A stretch of 63,812 bases of DNA, filler included, from Octopus bimaculoides (Eukaryota): NCBI RefSeq assembly GCF_001194135.2. It is 5 parts of 5 records of this genome, joined end to end, with 100 filler letters (N's around TTAATTAATTAA, not from the genome) between each part and the next. Parts side by side here need not be neighbours in the genome. Positions count along the whole stretch, not along the records: positions 47,464 to 60,877 come from NC_068994.1; positions 60,978 to 63,812 come from NC_068997.1; 3 more parts are not named here. One strand, 5' to 3'. The notes under the pieces are model-generated. The model was not told where the DNA came from. It made no database searches and saw only the letters and a list, made by a program, of their open reading frames with translations. Of this stretch, positions 49,441 to 61,044 are shown piece by piece (the stretch's first letter is position 1; every line of letters begins with the position of its first letter). The translations under genes were made by a program, and so were the position numbers.

Positions 49441-50481
49441 GAAGGTGATCTTGTGTTAGCTGGGAACTACACACATACACACAGGTGGAGACACTCAAAG
49501 CAATACATCTAACCCAAAGAAAAATCTTAATTCTTTCTTCAACAAGACATTCATCACAACATACACACCCATCAACTCACAGCTGGTCACTTTCCAAACA
49601 TTTTGAAAGGACATTGAACACAACACAAACACACACACACACACACACAGAGGTAGACATACAACCCATTCAATAAATGCTTTTTAACCACTCCCTTGAC
49701 AGGAATATACAAAAATTTCTTTTAGGCAATAGACACCCCTTCTCTCACACTTTCAACTCTATACCAAACTATATTTAAAGAAGACTTCAACGAAAAATCT
49801 CTTGACATGTTCTTGACCCCCAGACAGAAGATAAACTGTTTTTACTTCAAATTTTTATAAATTTTTATTGAATTTTGATGAGATTCATCGAAACCAATAA
49901 TATTTTCTTTATATAATTTTTAAAATCATTTTTATTAAATTACCCCTTCAATTGAAATGTTTTAGACTTACTTCTGTGCTATTTCCACCTCCATCTTAAC
50001 ATACATAAACATAAATATATATATTGACAAACATTTAAACACATAAGAGGAGACTATCATAGGACACCTAGCATGCAAGGAGTAGCCAAAATCCCAAACC
50101 ACTATTAGGGATAAATTTCGAAGAGAANNNNNNNNNNNNNNNNNNNNNNNNNNNNNNNNNNNNNNNNNNNNNNNNNNNNNNNNNNNNNNNNNNNNNNNNN
50201 NNNNNNNNNNNNNNNNNNNNNNNNNNNNNNNNNNNNNNNNNNNNNNNNNNNNNNNNNNNNNNNNNNNNNNNNNNNNNNNNNNNNNNNNNNNNNNNNNNNN
50301 NNNNNNNNNNNNNNNNNNNNNNNNNNNNNNNNNNNNNNNNNNNNNNNNNNNNNNNNNNNNNNNNNNNNNNNNNNNNNNNNNNNNNNNNNNNNNNNNNNNN
50401 NNNNNNNNNNNNNNNNNNNNNNNNNNNNNNNNNNNNNNNNNNNNNNNNNNNNNNNNNNNNNNNNNNNNNNNNNNNNNNNNN

Positions 50482-50522
<41 letters not shown>

Positions 50523-50938
50523 AATAGAAGATGAAAATGCACTGAGAATAGTTAATATATTTTTTATTATTATATTTAAAGATATAACCAGTTTCACAGT
50601 TTACACTGATTCTCAGAAATTTGAAATAGAAAGATGTGGCTTATGTCACAGCTGTTTTGTTTCTGACTAATGTTTGAAGCTTGCCCTGTTTGTATAGGGA
50701 ATTCATGGCTGAAATTAGTATATGTTTGGAATAGGGTTTGATTGGTAGAGGATAGTCACATGACTGGTCTTAGAAATATTTGTAGGTTCACCGCTATGTT
50801 CTGTTCGTGTGTTAATATCAATTAAGAATGTTTAGCATCATAAGTTAAGGCTGACATGCTCTGAATATTTTCTGTGAAGTGTTTGTAAAGAATGAACATG
50901 CGATTAAGTTTAGAACCTTCTGTATGCTTCCTGCTATG

Positions 50939-52179
50939 CAGGGCTGGATCTACCACTAGGCAAACTAGGCAACCACCTAGGGTGGCAACATCTAGGGGAC
51001 AACAAAATCTGGGGATGTCTTGGGAGGTGCTGACTTAGGAGAGAGAGAGAGTTTAAGAAATTTATAATTATAAAGTAATAATTTTGTTATTATAATTATT
51101 ATTAAAATATATTAAATTCTTATATAATTTTTGCTTCAAGAATCTCTTCAAATTCTATGAGTAAGACCTGTCAAATTGGACTGAGTAATGTACTCAATTA
51201 TATTGAACTTGACTTAAACTGTTTTTGTAATCTATATAATAAAATAGAGTTGTGTGTGTGTATGTATTTGCTTTTCATGCTAAAATGGCTGCATGAATTA
51301 TGTTTTGAACAACTGAAACAAGTAAATTTCATCTTCGGCTTTCTGTATGATAGAGAATCTTTGCAATATGAAACTTCTCATCAAGTAATGGAATTTTGCA
51401 TAAAACTTGTGTCTGCCCTACAGGTTGGAGAGTCAAAGGATATTGATGCCAAAGATTTGTCTAATGAACTGAATGTCATATCAAGAAGACTTGAAAAATC
51501 CTATGGTCCTCTGAAGGTGCTTGGGCTACTTCGTGAGCAGCAACAAAGAGAAAGCTTTCCAAATTTGTAGATAGCTCTTAAAATCCTGCTAACCCAACCA
51601 ATAAGTGTTGCAAGTGGAGAGCATAGCTTTTCAAAACTTAAATTAATAAAGACATATCCAAGAACTTCACTGGTCCAAGAGAGGCTCACTGAACTAGCTA
51701 TGATATCCATAGAACATGAAATTTGTAGAAAATTTCCACTCCAAGAGCTTGTAAAAGATTTTGCAAGACAGAGTTCACAAAATTAGCTTTTAAGTACCCC
51801 AAGTAAAAGACAACAGTATTTAAATAGTTTCAACAACCAATAATAAAAAAAAACACACCTTTAAGCCAAATCAAATCACAGAAAGAAAATACAAACAAGG
51901 GCATAGTGAACTACTGTTTGTTTACCATATTTGCTCACATCCAATTAGTAAAACATTAAATTTTCAGTACATCATGTTTTCATTAATTTTCAAGAAATAA
52001 ATTTTAAAAGTTTCCTTTACAAGTGACTTCAAATTGCTCCTATGCTTATTCATATTTCTAAAAACTTTCCTGGGGAAATTCCCAGCTTGTTGGGCTTGCT
52101 TCAATTGCCACCATGTGGAGCAGGGTGACGTTTAAAATTTGATTCACCTAGGGCATCAGTTACCATAGGGCCGGCTCTG
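50939..52179 (+). mobile_element. hAT deletion derivative (ZMYM1-like dimerisation domain) with TIRs and decayed 8-bp TSD
   Basis: Left TIR CAGGGCTGGATCTA versus right (reverse complement) CAGAGCCGGCCCTA; flanks CTGCTATG / CCACTATG (6/8); FPNL*IALKILLTQPISVASGEHSFSKLKLIKTY...QERLTELAMISIE. Confidence 0.88.
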
Positions 52180-52399
52180 CCACTATGTCCATGTGTTAGT
52201 GTCAAGTGGCAGTATATTTAGTGCCTAAAATGAAGGCCAACATGGTTGAGTGAACATGTTTAGTTACACTCCAAATTTAATCTGTCTGGTGAGAGTGTAG
52301 ATAGGAGCCATTTGTATGTAGTCCAGTGGCTAAAATTTAGGTTGCTAGCTGCGTAGGTGCCTCATGTTGTTAAGTGGCAGAATGAGTTTTGTGTGTGAA

Positions 52400-53445
52400 T
52401 AGTTATTTGTGTATGTGCTTTGTAAAAGTTTGTTAAATCTGGGTTTGTACTTTTGTATGAAAGTATTCTCTTTGTTTATCCGTGCTTCACTGAACATAGG
52501 TAGAGTGGGAAAACCTGGAATTTGGGGGCTTATTTTTTGCACAGATGTCTATGTGTCCACTCAGTGGAATCTGTCTAGTACTGGGGTCTCATATTTGTTG
52601 TCAGTGAATGGTCAGTTTATTTCTTAGAGTATATTAAATTCCTTGAAGAACATGTGAAGTAATGTTTTATGGTAAAAATCTGCCCTGATTTGAATTTGCA
52701 TGTTGTCTCTTCAATAAGATTAATGTAAGTCTCACAATTGGGGCAGCCACACTTTTTGACTGTTGGTGTAGGAGTTGCAAAAGGTAATTTAGCAATTGTG
52801 AGAATTTTCTAAGGGACTTAGATTGTCTTTTACTTTTGATTATTTTGTGCATTTCAAATGCTTGTTTCATTCTTCGGTCTTGTCTTAGTAGTGGAATGTT
52901 CTAGTGGATAATATTGTAAACCTCTGTATTTCTTGGGTTGAGTGCTGTAATAAAGGGTAGATTATTGGATGTATCTGACATGTTTTTCGTTTTATGTAAT
53001 TCTTGGATAGTTATTGCTTTAGCACTTCCTATTCCATTGTCTATTAATTTTAATAGATATTGTCTTTTAAGAAGTATTTGTTTTAGTTCCTGGAGTCTTT
53101 TATTGTGAGTTTCAGGGTTTGAGACAATTGTGCAGATTCTTCTTGCTAGATTAAAGGGAATGTTATTTTTTGTGTGTTTGGGATGGCATGAAGAGAACAG
53201 TAAGTATTGTTTAGAATTTGTTTGTATTGAATGTCTGTTTCAATGTTTTTATCTCTTTTGATGATTAGTATATCCAGGAATGGTAGTTGAGTTTTACTGT
53301 ATTCCATGGTGAAATTTATATTATCATTTATGCTGTTAATTAGGTTTTTGAAATCTATAAGTTGTTCAAATGTGTGCGTCCATAGGGTTAAGCAGTCATC
53401 TAAGTAACGTTTCCAGTTTTCTAGTAGATATATTGCGAAAGTTTT
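52400..53445 (-). mobile_element. Penelope-like element, 3' half (RT core to GIY-YIG end)
   Basis: NWKRYLDDC; FTMEYSKTQLPFLDI; CHPKHTKNNIPFNLARRI; ARINKENTFIQKYKPRFN. The 3' flank probably continues past the hAT to about 50590. Confidence 0.88.
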
Positions 53446-54330
53446 TTTATACACAACAGATAAAAATTTTCAATTTAAAAAACAATAACAGAGAGAAACA
53501 ACCACAATCCAGAACAAATGCACAAAATCGATACAAAAGAGAAAATGTTATCAGATATATGAATAATAATAAAAGAAAAACCTTGAAAAATCATTTTTTA
53601 GATCCACCGAACAGAATTCTAGACATCAGTTGGTACAAACCGAAGATAAGAAGCCGAAGATAATCTATCCAAAAAAACTCTCAGCAGAAGAAATTAAAAG
53701 GCCTAAAATTTACCTCAGCATTTTAACTCTAATGAAATACAGAACGATATTTCACTGTTCTGTAGAAAACTATGCCTAACAGAGGAATTGTACGATAAAG
53801 AAAACAGAGCAATTACAAGAAACAAGAGCAATTACAAACCTACAAATGATAAGAATAAATCTTTAGATAAATTTTGTGACTTTATATCTACCTTCCCTTA
53901 CAAAGAAATTCCATACCCTAAAATCAAGCCTAATACCAGTAGAAAGGAATGGGATATTATACATGAACTGCACAAACAATAACGACATAATAATTAAGGA
54001 AGCAGATAAGGGAAGTGCTATAGCTATCATGGATATTGAACACAACAAAAGAGATATACTGTCTATATTACAAGAGATGACCAACTACGAAAAGGTGAAT
54101 AATTACCAAAAATCAAAGACAATGACTAAACTGAACACACTCATTCACAGACATTAAAAAGGTTTAACAAAGAATGTGACTACAAGAAGAGTGTGATTGT
54201 AAGACTAGCTACTTCTATGGTCTCCCCAAAATCCATAAGAATCAAACTATTAAGAATGCATGTAAAGAACCAACTTCAAGTTGCATAAACATACAATATC
54301 CCACCAACCTTAAATTTAGACCAATTATAT
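53446..54330 (+). mobile_element. Penelope-like element, 5' half, inverted relative to 52400-53445
   Basis: IIIKEADKGSAIAIMD; FYGLPKIHK; NLKFRPII. Confidence 0.85.
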
Positions 54331-54629
54331 TTAGATCTATATATATGTGTGTATATTGAAAAAAAAGTCGTCAGAATTTTGGAATAACTTCTTTCATTTA
54401 TTTTATACATATATTAGCGCTTTCGTTCATCTTTCGAACTTGTCAAATATAATTCTGTAAAAATACAGAGATTTTGCTTATTTATATAAAAACAGGTGTT
54501 TTGGGGGGATTTTGTTTATAACAGAACATTGTTTTGTTTTTTGGGGGTGAGGCTTTGGAGACAGTGGAAGATGTATACGCAGATAGATAGATAGACAAAC
54601 ACACACACACACACATACACACATATATA

Positions 54630-55068
54630 TTGGGTCATCCCATAAATAATGCAATTTTTTTATATTTCTGTTATTTTTCAAACTTAAAATAAACAAAATT
54701 CTTTTTTAATCTAAAATATACACTCATTCATTTTCTACAATGCTCATCCATCTATCTGGTAGACTTGCAAGGCCCCTCTTCCAAAATTCACTTGTCTGTG
54801 ACAAAAAATACTCCTGCAGTACTGTTCTGACCTTATCTACAGAATTCATATTTTTTCCATATAAATGATTTTGAAGACTGGAATAAATGATAATCAGATG
54901 GGGCAGTGTCTGACAAATATGGTGAGTGGGGCATCATTTCCCATTCAAACTGCTCCAGCCTTGGGAATGTCATCCTTGCTATATGTAGCTGAGCATTATC
55001 CTGATGGAAGAACACCTTTCTTCTTGAAACAAAAGACGGTCATTTTTTCTTCTAGTGCCACCAGCACG
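54630..55068 (-). mobile_element. Mariner element 3' part with TIR (TA|TTGGGTCATCCCATAAATAATGC)
   Basis: FFHQDNAQLHIAR...PHSPYLSDTAPSDYHLF; terminus at a TA; 5' part lost in the gap. Confidence 0.85.
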
Positions 55069-55511
55069 NNNNNNNNNNNNNNNNNNNNNNNNNNNNNNNN
55101 NNNNNNNNNNNNNNNNNNNNNNNNNNNNNNNNNNNNNNNNNNNNNNNNNNNNNNNNNNNNNNNNNNNNNNNNNNNNNNNNNNNNNNNNNNNNNNNNNNNN
55201 NNNNNNNNNNNNNNNNNNNNNNNNNNNNNNNNNNNNNNNNNNNNNNNNNNNNNNNNNNNNNNNNNNNNNNNNNNNNNNNNNNNNNNNNNNNNNNNNNNNN
55301 NNNNNNNNNNNNNNNNNNNNNNNNNNNNNNNNNNNNNNNNNNNNNNNNNNNNNNNNNNNNNNNNNNNNNNNNNNNNNNNNNNNNNNNNNNNNNNNNNNNN
55401 NNNNNNNNNNNNNNNNNNNNNNNNNNNNNNNNNNNNNNNNNNNNNNNNNNNNNNNNNNNNNNNNNNNNNNNNNNNNNNNNNNNNNNNNNNNNNNNNNNNN
55501 NNNNNNNNNNN

Positions 55512-56661
55512 ATTTTGGAATCTATTTTGTTTTTCTTTTCTAGTTAATTTTTGTTTATTTTCAGATCATTAAAATGTAATGTCAAGTTAAGAAAAATGAG
55601 CATTTTCGACACCTCCTCTTTGCTTTTAATCAAGGTTCTAAGGCTGCAAAAGCTGCTCATGACATTTGTGCTGTTTATGGAGAGGGCACCATAGCTGAAA
55701 GAACCGCTTGTGATTGGCATGCCAAGTTCAAAAATGGAAATTTTGACCTCAAAGATGCACCTCATTCTGGCCGTCCTGTTGAGTTAGATGAAGAGCAATT
55801 AAACCAACTTTTGCACGAAAATTCTCGTCAAGCAACAAGGGAACTGGCAGAGAAAATGGAATGCTCCCACACTGCTAGAGAGAAGCATCTTCACTCGATG
55901 GGAAAGGTTCAGAAGTATGGAGTATGGTTTCCGCATGCTTTAAGTGACAACAGCAAAAATCAATGAGCCACAATCTCTGCTGGTTTGCTTGCTCGTCACT
56001 GCTCAACTCATGGACACAAGAAATGATTTCTAGACCGAATCGTTACTGGCAATATGTAAGGAATGGCTTGGCCCTGGTAAACAAGCGACACTGCATGTGA
56101 AACAAGATCTTCATCCGCGTAAAACGATGTTGTGCGTATGGTGGGACTGGGTAGAGATTATCTATTACAAACTGCTTGAATGGAACCAAACCGTCAACGT
56201 GGAACTCTATGTTCAACAGATGGAATGACTCAACACAGCCATTCACGAAAAAAGACCTAATTGTCAGCATGGAGATTTTCTGCTGCACGACAACCCCCGC
56301 CCTCATATCGCCAATATGACAAAGAAGCCATTCAAACACATGGCTGGGATGTGCTGTCACACCCACCGTACTCTCTTGATTTGGCACCAATGGATTTCCA
56401 CCTCTTTCGATCTCTTTCAAATGCTATATGTGAACTTTCATTCAATACTGATGCAGAATTGAGAGCTTGGTTGGATCAATTTTTCAAGTCAAAATCAGAC
56501 GATTTCTACCAACGCGGTATTGAAATCTTGTTGAACGTTGGGAAGAAGTTGTAAAAAACAAGGGTGAATACATTATTGATTAATTAGTTGTTATTTTTTT
56601 ATTAAACGTTTAAAAAAATTTAAATTTAAGAAAACGGCGGGACTTAGTTGCCAACCTAATA
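55512..56661 (+). mobile_element. Near full-length mariner (D34D) with dead transposase
   Basis: HFRHLLFAF...KFKNGNFDLKDAPHSGRP; WFPHAL; deletion around TG(D)EKW; LHPRKTMLCVWWD; HDNPRPH...HPPYSLDLAPMDFHLF with 34 residues between D2 and D3; ends ...GTTGCCAACCTAA|TA. Confidence 0.92.
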
Positions 56662-57819
56662 TATACANNNNNNNNNNNNNNNNNNNNNNNNNNNNNNNNN
56701 NNNNNNNNNNNNNNNNNNNNNNNNNNNNNNNNNNNNNNNNNNNNNNNNNNNNNNNNNNNNNNNNNNNNNNNNNNNNNNNNNNNNNNNNNNNNNNNNNNNN
56801 NNNNNNNNNNNNNNNNNNNNNNNNNNNNNNNNNNNNNNNNNNNNNNNNNNNNNNNNNNNNNNNNNNNNNNNNNNNNNNNNNNNNNNNNNNNNNNNNNNNN
56901 NNNNNNNNNNNNNNNNNNNNNNNNNNNNNNNNNNNNNNNNNNNNNNNNNNNNNNNNNNNNNNNNNNNNNNNNNNNNNNNNNNNNNNNNNNNNNNNNNNNN
57001 NNNNNNNNNNNNNNNNNNNNNNNNNNNNNNNNNNNNNNNNNNNNNNNNNNNNNNNNNNNNNNNNNNNNNNNNNNNNNNNNNNNNNNNNNNNNNNNNNNNN
57101 NNNNNNNNNNNNNNNNNNNNNNNNNNNNNNNNNNNNNNNNNNNNNNNNNNNNNNNNNNNNNNNNNNNNNNNNNNNNNNNNNNNNNNNNNNNNNNNNNNNN
57201 NNNNNNNNNNNNNNNNNNNNNNNNNNNNNNNNNNNNNNNNNNNNNNNNNNNNNNNNNNNNNNNNNNNNNNNNNNNNNNNNNNNNNNNNNNNNNNNNNNNN
57301 NNNNNNNNNNNNNNNNNNNNNNNNNNNNNNNNNNNNNNNNNNNNNNNNNNNNNNNNNNNNNNNNNNNNNNNNNNNNNNNNNNNNNNNNNNNNNNNNNNNN
57401 NNNNNNNNNNNNNNNNNNNNNNNNNNNNNNNNNNNNNNNNNNNNNNNNNNNNNNNNNNNNNNNNNNNNNNNNNNNNNNNNNNNNNNNNNNNNNNNNNNNN
57501 NNNNNNNNNNNNNNNNNNNNNNNNNNNNNNNNNNNNNNNNNNNNNNNNNNNNNNNNNNNNNNNNNNNNNNNNNNNNNNNNNNNNNAAAAATAAGATAGAA
57601 ATAAAAATAAAAAATAGAATTAAAATCAAAATAAAAATAAAAATAAGGGTACAGCAGGAAAAAATAATAATAATAATAATAAAGAATACATAAATGAAAA
57701 ATGAAGGTATAGCATGTGGGACATGCAAAAATATTAAAAAGTTATATGTCAAAAACCCTTAAAAATACAAGGCACACAAAGAGCCTACAAACATTATAAA
57801 TAGGTAGCTATAGACACTC

Positions 57820-57847
57820 CAATGCATATATATATGTATACACATAT

Positions 57848-57894
<47 letters not shown>

Positions 57895-58150
57895 TATATG
57901 CAAATATATACATACACACATAAATATATATACATATTTATACATATATATGTATACATATACACACAGAAACATATATATATACATATATGTATACACA
58001 TATATATACACATTTATATATACACACATATATATACATATATATATATACACACATATATATACATGTATATATACACACACATATATACATATATACA
58101 CATACACACACACATATATATATATATGCATGCATATATATGCATACATA
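57820..58150. repeat. (TA)n/(CA)n degenerate microsatellite
   Basis: Direct reading; similar tracts at 27100-27420, 58520-58655 and 59140-59500. Confidence 0.9.
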
Positions 58151-58212
58151 TATAAGAGTAATGGAAAATGGAGACAAACACACAAGATGTTATGTAAATC
58201 ATTCATATCACC

Positions 58213-58306
58213 ATATCACTGACATATGTTTTGCTTCATACATTAAAAATTAATCTGAGAGGAAGAATAATGTGGAATAATATATCAATCTCATCAGGGA
58301 GGATAT
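58213..58306 (-). ncRNA. Decayed hammerhead ribozyme related to 37686-37790
   Basis: CUGAUGA...(G>A)AAA-CAUAUG-UC with the same ACAUAUGU palindrome; stems I and II are partly broken. Confidence 0.45.
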
Positions 58307-58574
58307 TCTAAACAAGTTCTCATTAACAAGCTTTTTTTTACAGATGTGAGAAAGTATATAATATATATATATATAAATAATATACTTTTTCTAAAAACTC
58401 TCACTTCTCCTCGGAATTATCACCTATACAAGTATGGTGACTAAATCTTTTGGCACTTATGTGATATTTGGCCACATTGATAACTATTTCTCTGGATCTT
58501 TCCTTGTAAATTGTCCATACATACATATGCATACATACATACATACATACATATATATATACATATATATATAC

Positions 58575-58624
<50 letters not shown>

Positions 58625-58980
58625 GTATATATACATATATACACACACTCTTTTANNNNNNNNNNNNNNNNNNNNNNNNNNNNNNNNNNNNNNNNNNNNN
58701 NNNNNNNNNNNNNNNNNNNNNNNNNNNNNNNNNNNNNNNNNNNNNNNNNNNNNNNNNNNNNNNNNNNNNNNNNNNNNNNNNNNNNNNNNNNNNNNNNNNN
58801 NNNNNNNNNNNNNNNNNNNNNNNNNNNNNNNNNNNNNNNNNNNNNNNNNNNNNNNNNNNNNNNNNNNNNNNNNNNNNNNNNNNNNNNNNNNNNNNNNNNN
58901 NNNNNNNNNNNNNNNNNNNNNNNNNNNNNNCACACGTACAAACATACACACACACATAAATATATATATATACATATATA

Positions 58981-59140
58981 TGACGGGCTTCTTTCAGTTT
59001 CCGTCTACCAAATCCACTCACAAGGCTTTGGTCGGCCCGAGGCTATAGTAGAAGACACTTGCCCAAGATGCCACGCAGTGGGACTGAACCCGGGACCATG
59101 TGGTTGGTAAGCTAGCTACTTACCACACAGCCACTCCTAT
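58981..59140 (-). mobile_element. SINE family B head/core, well preserved
   Basis: gacgggcttctttcagtttccgtctaccaaatccactcacaaggctttggtcggcccgaggctatagtagaagacacttgcccaag...gggactgaaccc...ccacacagccactcc. Confidence 0.92.
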
Positions 59141-59499
59141 ACATATATATATATACATGCATTTATACATATATATATATATGTATATACACATATACAT
59201 ACATATATATATAAACACATATACATACATATATATACACACATATATATATATATTCATACATATATATATTTATACATATACATATAAAGATATATAA
59301 TATAATATATAAAGATATATATACATATATATATACAAACATATATATATATATATATATACACAAACATATATATATATATATATATAAAGAAATATAT
59401 ACACGCATATATATATATGTAAACATATATATATGTAAACATATATATATAAACATATAAATACACACATGTATATGAACATATATATATATATATATA

Positions 59500-59503
59500 T
59501 CAC

Positions 59504-59541
<38 letters not shown>

Positions 59542-59878
59542 CCATCATCATCATCGTCGCTTAACATCCGCTTTCCATGCTGGCTTGCGTTGGACGGTTT
59601 GACTCAGGACTGGTGACCCACAAGGCTGCAGGAGGCTAAATCTCATCTGGCAAAGTTTCTACAACTGGATACCCTTCCTCATGCCAACCACTCTGAGAGT
59701 GTAGGGGGTGCTTTTACGTGCCACTGGCACGAGGGCCAATCAGGCGGTTCTGTTGTTTTTCACGTGCCACCACCACAGTAATGCAGCACTGGTAACGATC
59801 ACGCTCGAATGTGCTTTTAATGTTCCACTGGGACGAGTGCCAATCAGGCAGTACTGTCATCAGCTATGTCAGCGGTTT
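59500..59878 (-). mobile_element. RTE LINE 3' UTR fragment with (GAT)n tail
   Basis: taacatccgctttccatgctggc...ttggacggttt is the reverse complement of 48707-48746; internal gtgcttttac repeats. Confidence 0.8.
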
Positions 59879-59986
59879 TGATTTATTCATATATATATAT
59901 ATAGATATATAAACATATATATATATATTTTTATATTCATATGCATATATTAATATGTATGTATATATATTCATATACATATTTAC

Positions 59987-60019
<33 letters not shown>

Positions 60020-60089
60020 TATGAGAGTACTGTAGTTCGCTTGAAGCATGGCGTATTGTATGTATACTATACATACATATATATATATA

Positions 60090-60877
60090 CTAGCAGAGAT
60101 ACCCGGCGTTGCCCGTGTTACATACAATTGAAGAATGAGAATTTTGTGTTATATTTTCTGTAAGGAACTGGAATACATATGATTCGAATTTCATGAAAAT
60201 TGCACATGAGGGTTCTTTCCCTCTTTACACACCCTAAAAAAAATTGTAATCATGAGACATGTATCCTATACTATTGATCTTTATGTGCATATTCCAAAAT
60301 TTCAGTCTTCTAGAACCTGTAAAAAGGATTTTGCTCCTGAAAAATGGAGCTCATGGAGCTCTAAAATGTAGGAATGAAGGCCCCTATTGGGGGTGGGTGT
60401 GTTAATGTTAACCAGAGAAGTTGAATTGTTGGGAATGTTTTTAACTTGGGTCTTATAGTATGCTTGTATATATGTGAGAGTATAGTCTCACTGTAATAGT
60501 TTCAGTATTAAAGTGAAAGTATTTGAAATTACAGTAGCGACATGTTACTGTTTCACTTTTGACATGTAATACTGAAATAGTGGAGGAGATATGATATTAC
60601 TGTGGGCTCGAACTATGCAAGAAGTTAAAAAATTTTTTGGCCTAAGACACTACACGGACCCTAAAAGGATTTTGCTCCTGAAAAATGGAGCTCATGGAGC
60701 TGAAAAATGTGGGAGTTAAGGCCCCTATTGAGGGTGGGTGTATTAATGTCAACCAGAGAAGTTGAATTGTTGGGAATCTTTTTAACTTGTGTGTAATATG
60801 TATTGTCTGAATTTCTTTGAAATAGGAAATATATGTATGTTCACTGGGTTTGTAAAAGAGGGCAAAGCTACAGGAAA
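60090..60877 (-). mobile_element. Non-autonomous Helitron 3' part with internal direct repeat
   Basis: Minus-strand end ...ACACGGGCAACGCCGGGTATCTCTGCTAG|T, nearly identical to 36476-36505; 127-bp repeat at 60322-60448 and 60663-60789. Confidence 0.8.
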
Positions 60878-60977
60878 NNNNNNNNNNNNNNNNNNNNNNN
60901 NNNNNNNNNNNNNNNNNNNNNTTAATTAATTAANNNNNNNNNNNNNNNNNNNNNNNNNNNNNNNNNNNNNNNNNNNN
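60878..60977. other. Assembly spacer 44N-TTAATTAATTAA-44N
   Basis: Same cassette as 22191. Confidence 0.95.
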
Positions 60978-61031
<54 letters not shown>

Positions 61032-61044
61032 GTGTATATATATA

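Noticed and set aside
54630-56661. One large composite mariner spanning the 55069-55511 gap
   Set aside because: The outer termini differ (TTGGGTCATCCC versus TTAGGTTGGCAAC), indicating two separate families.
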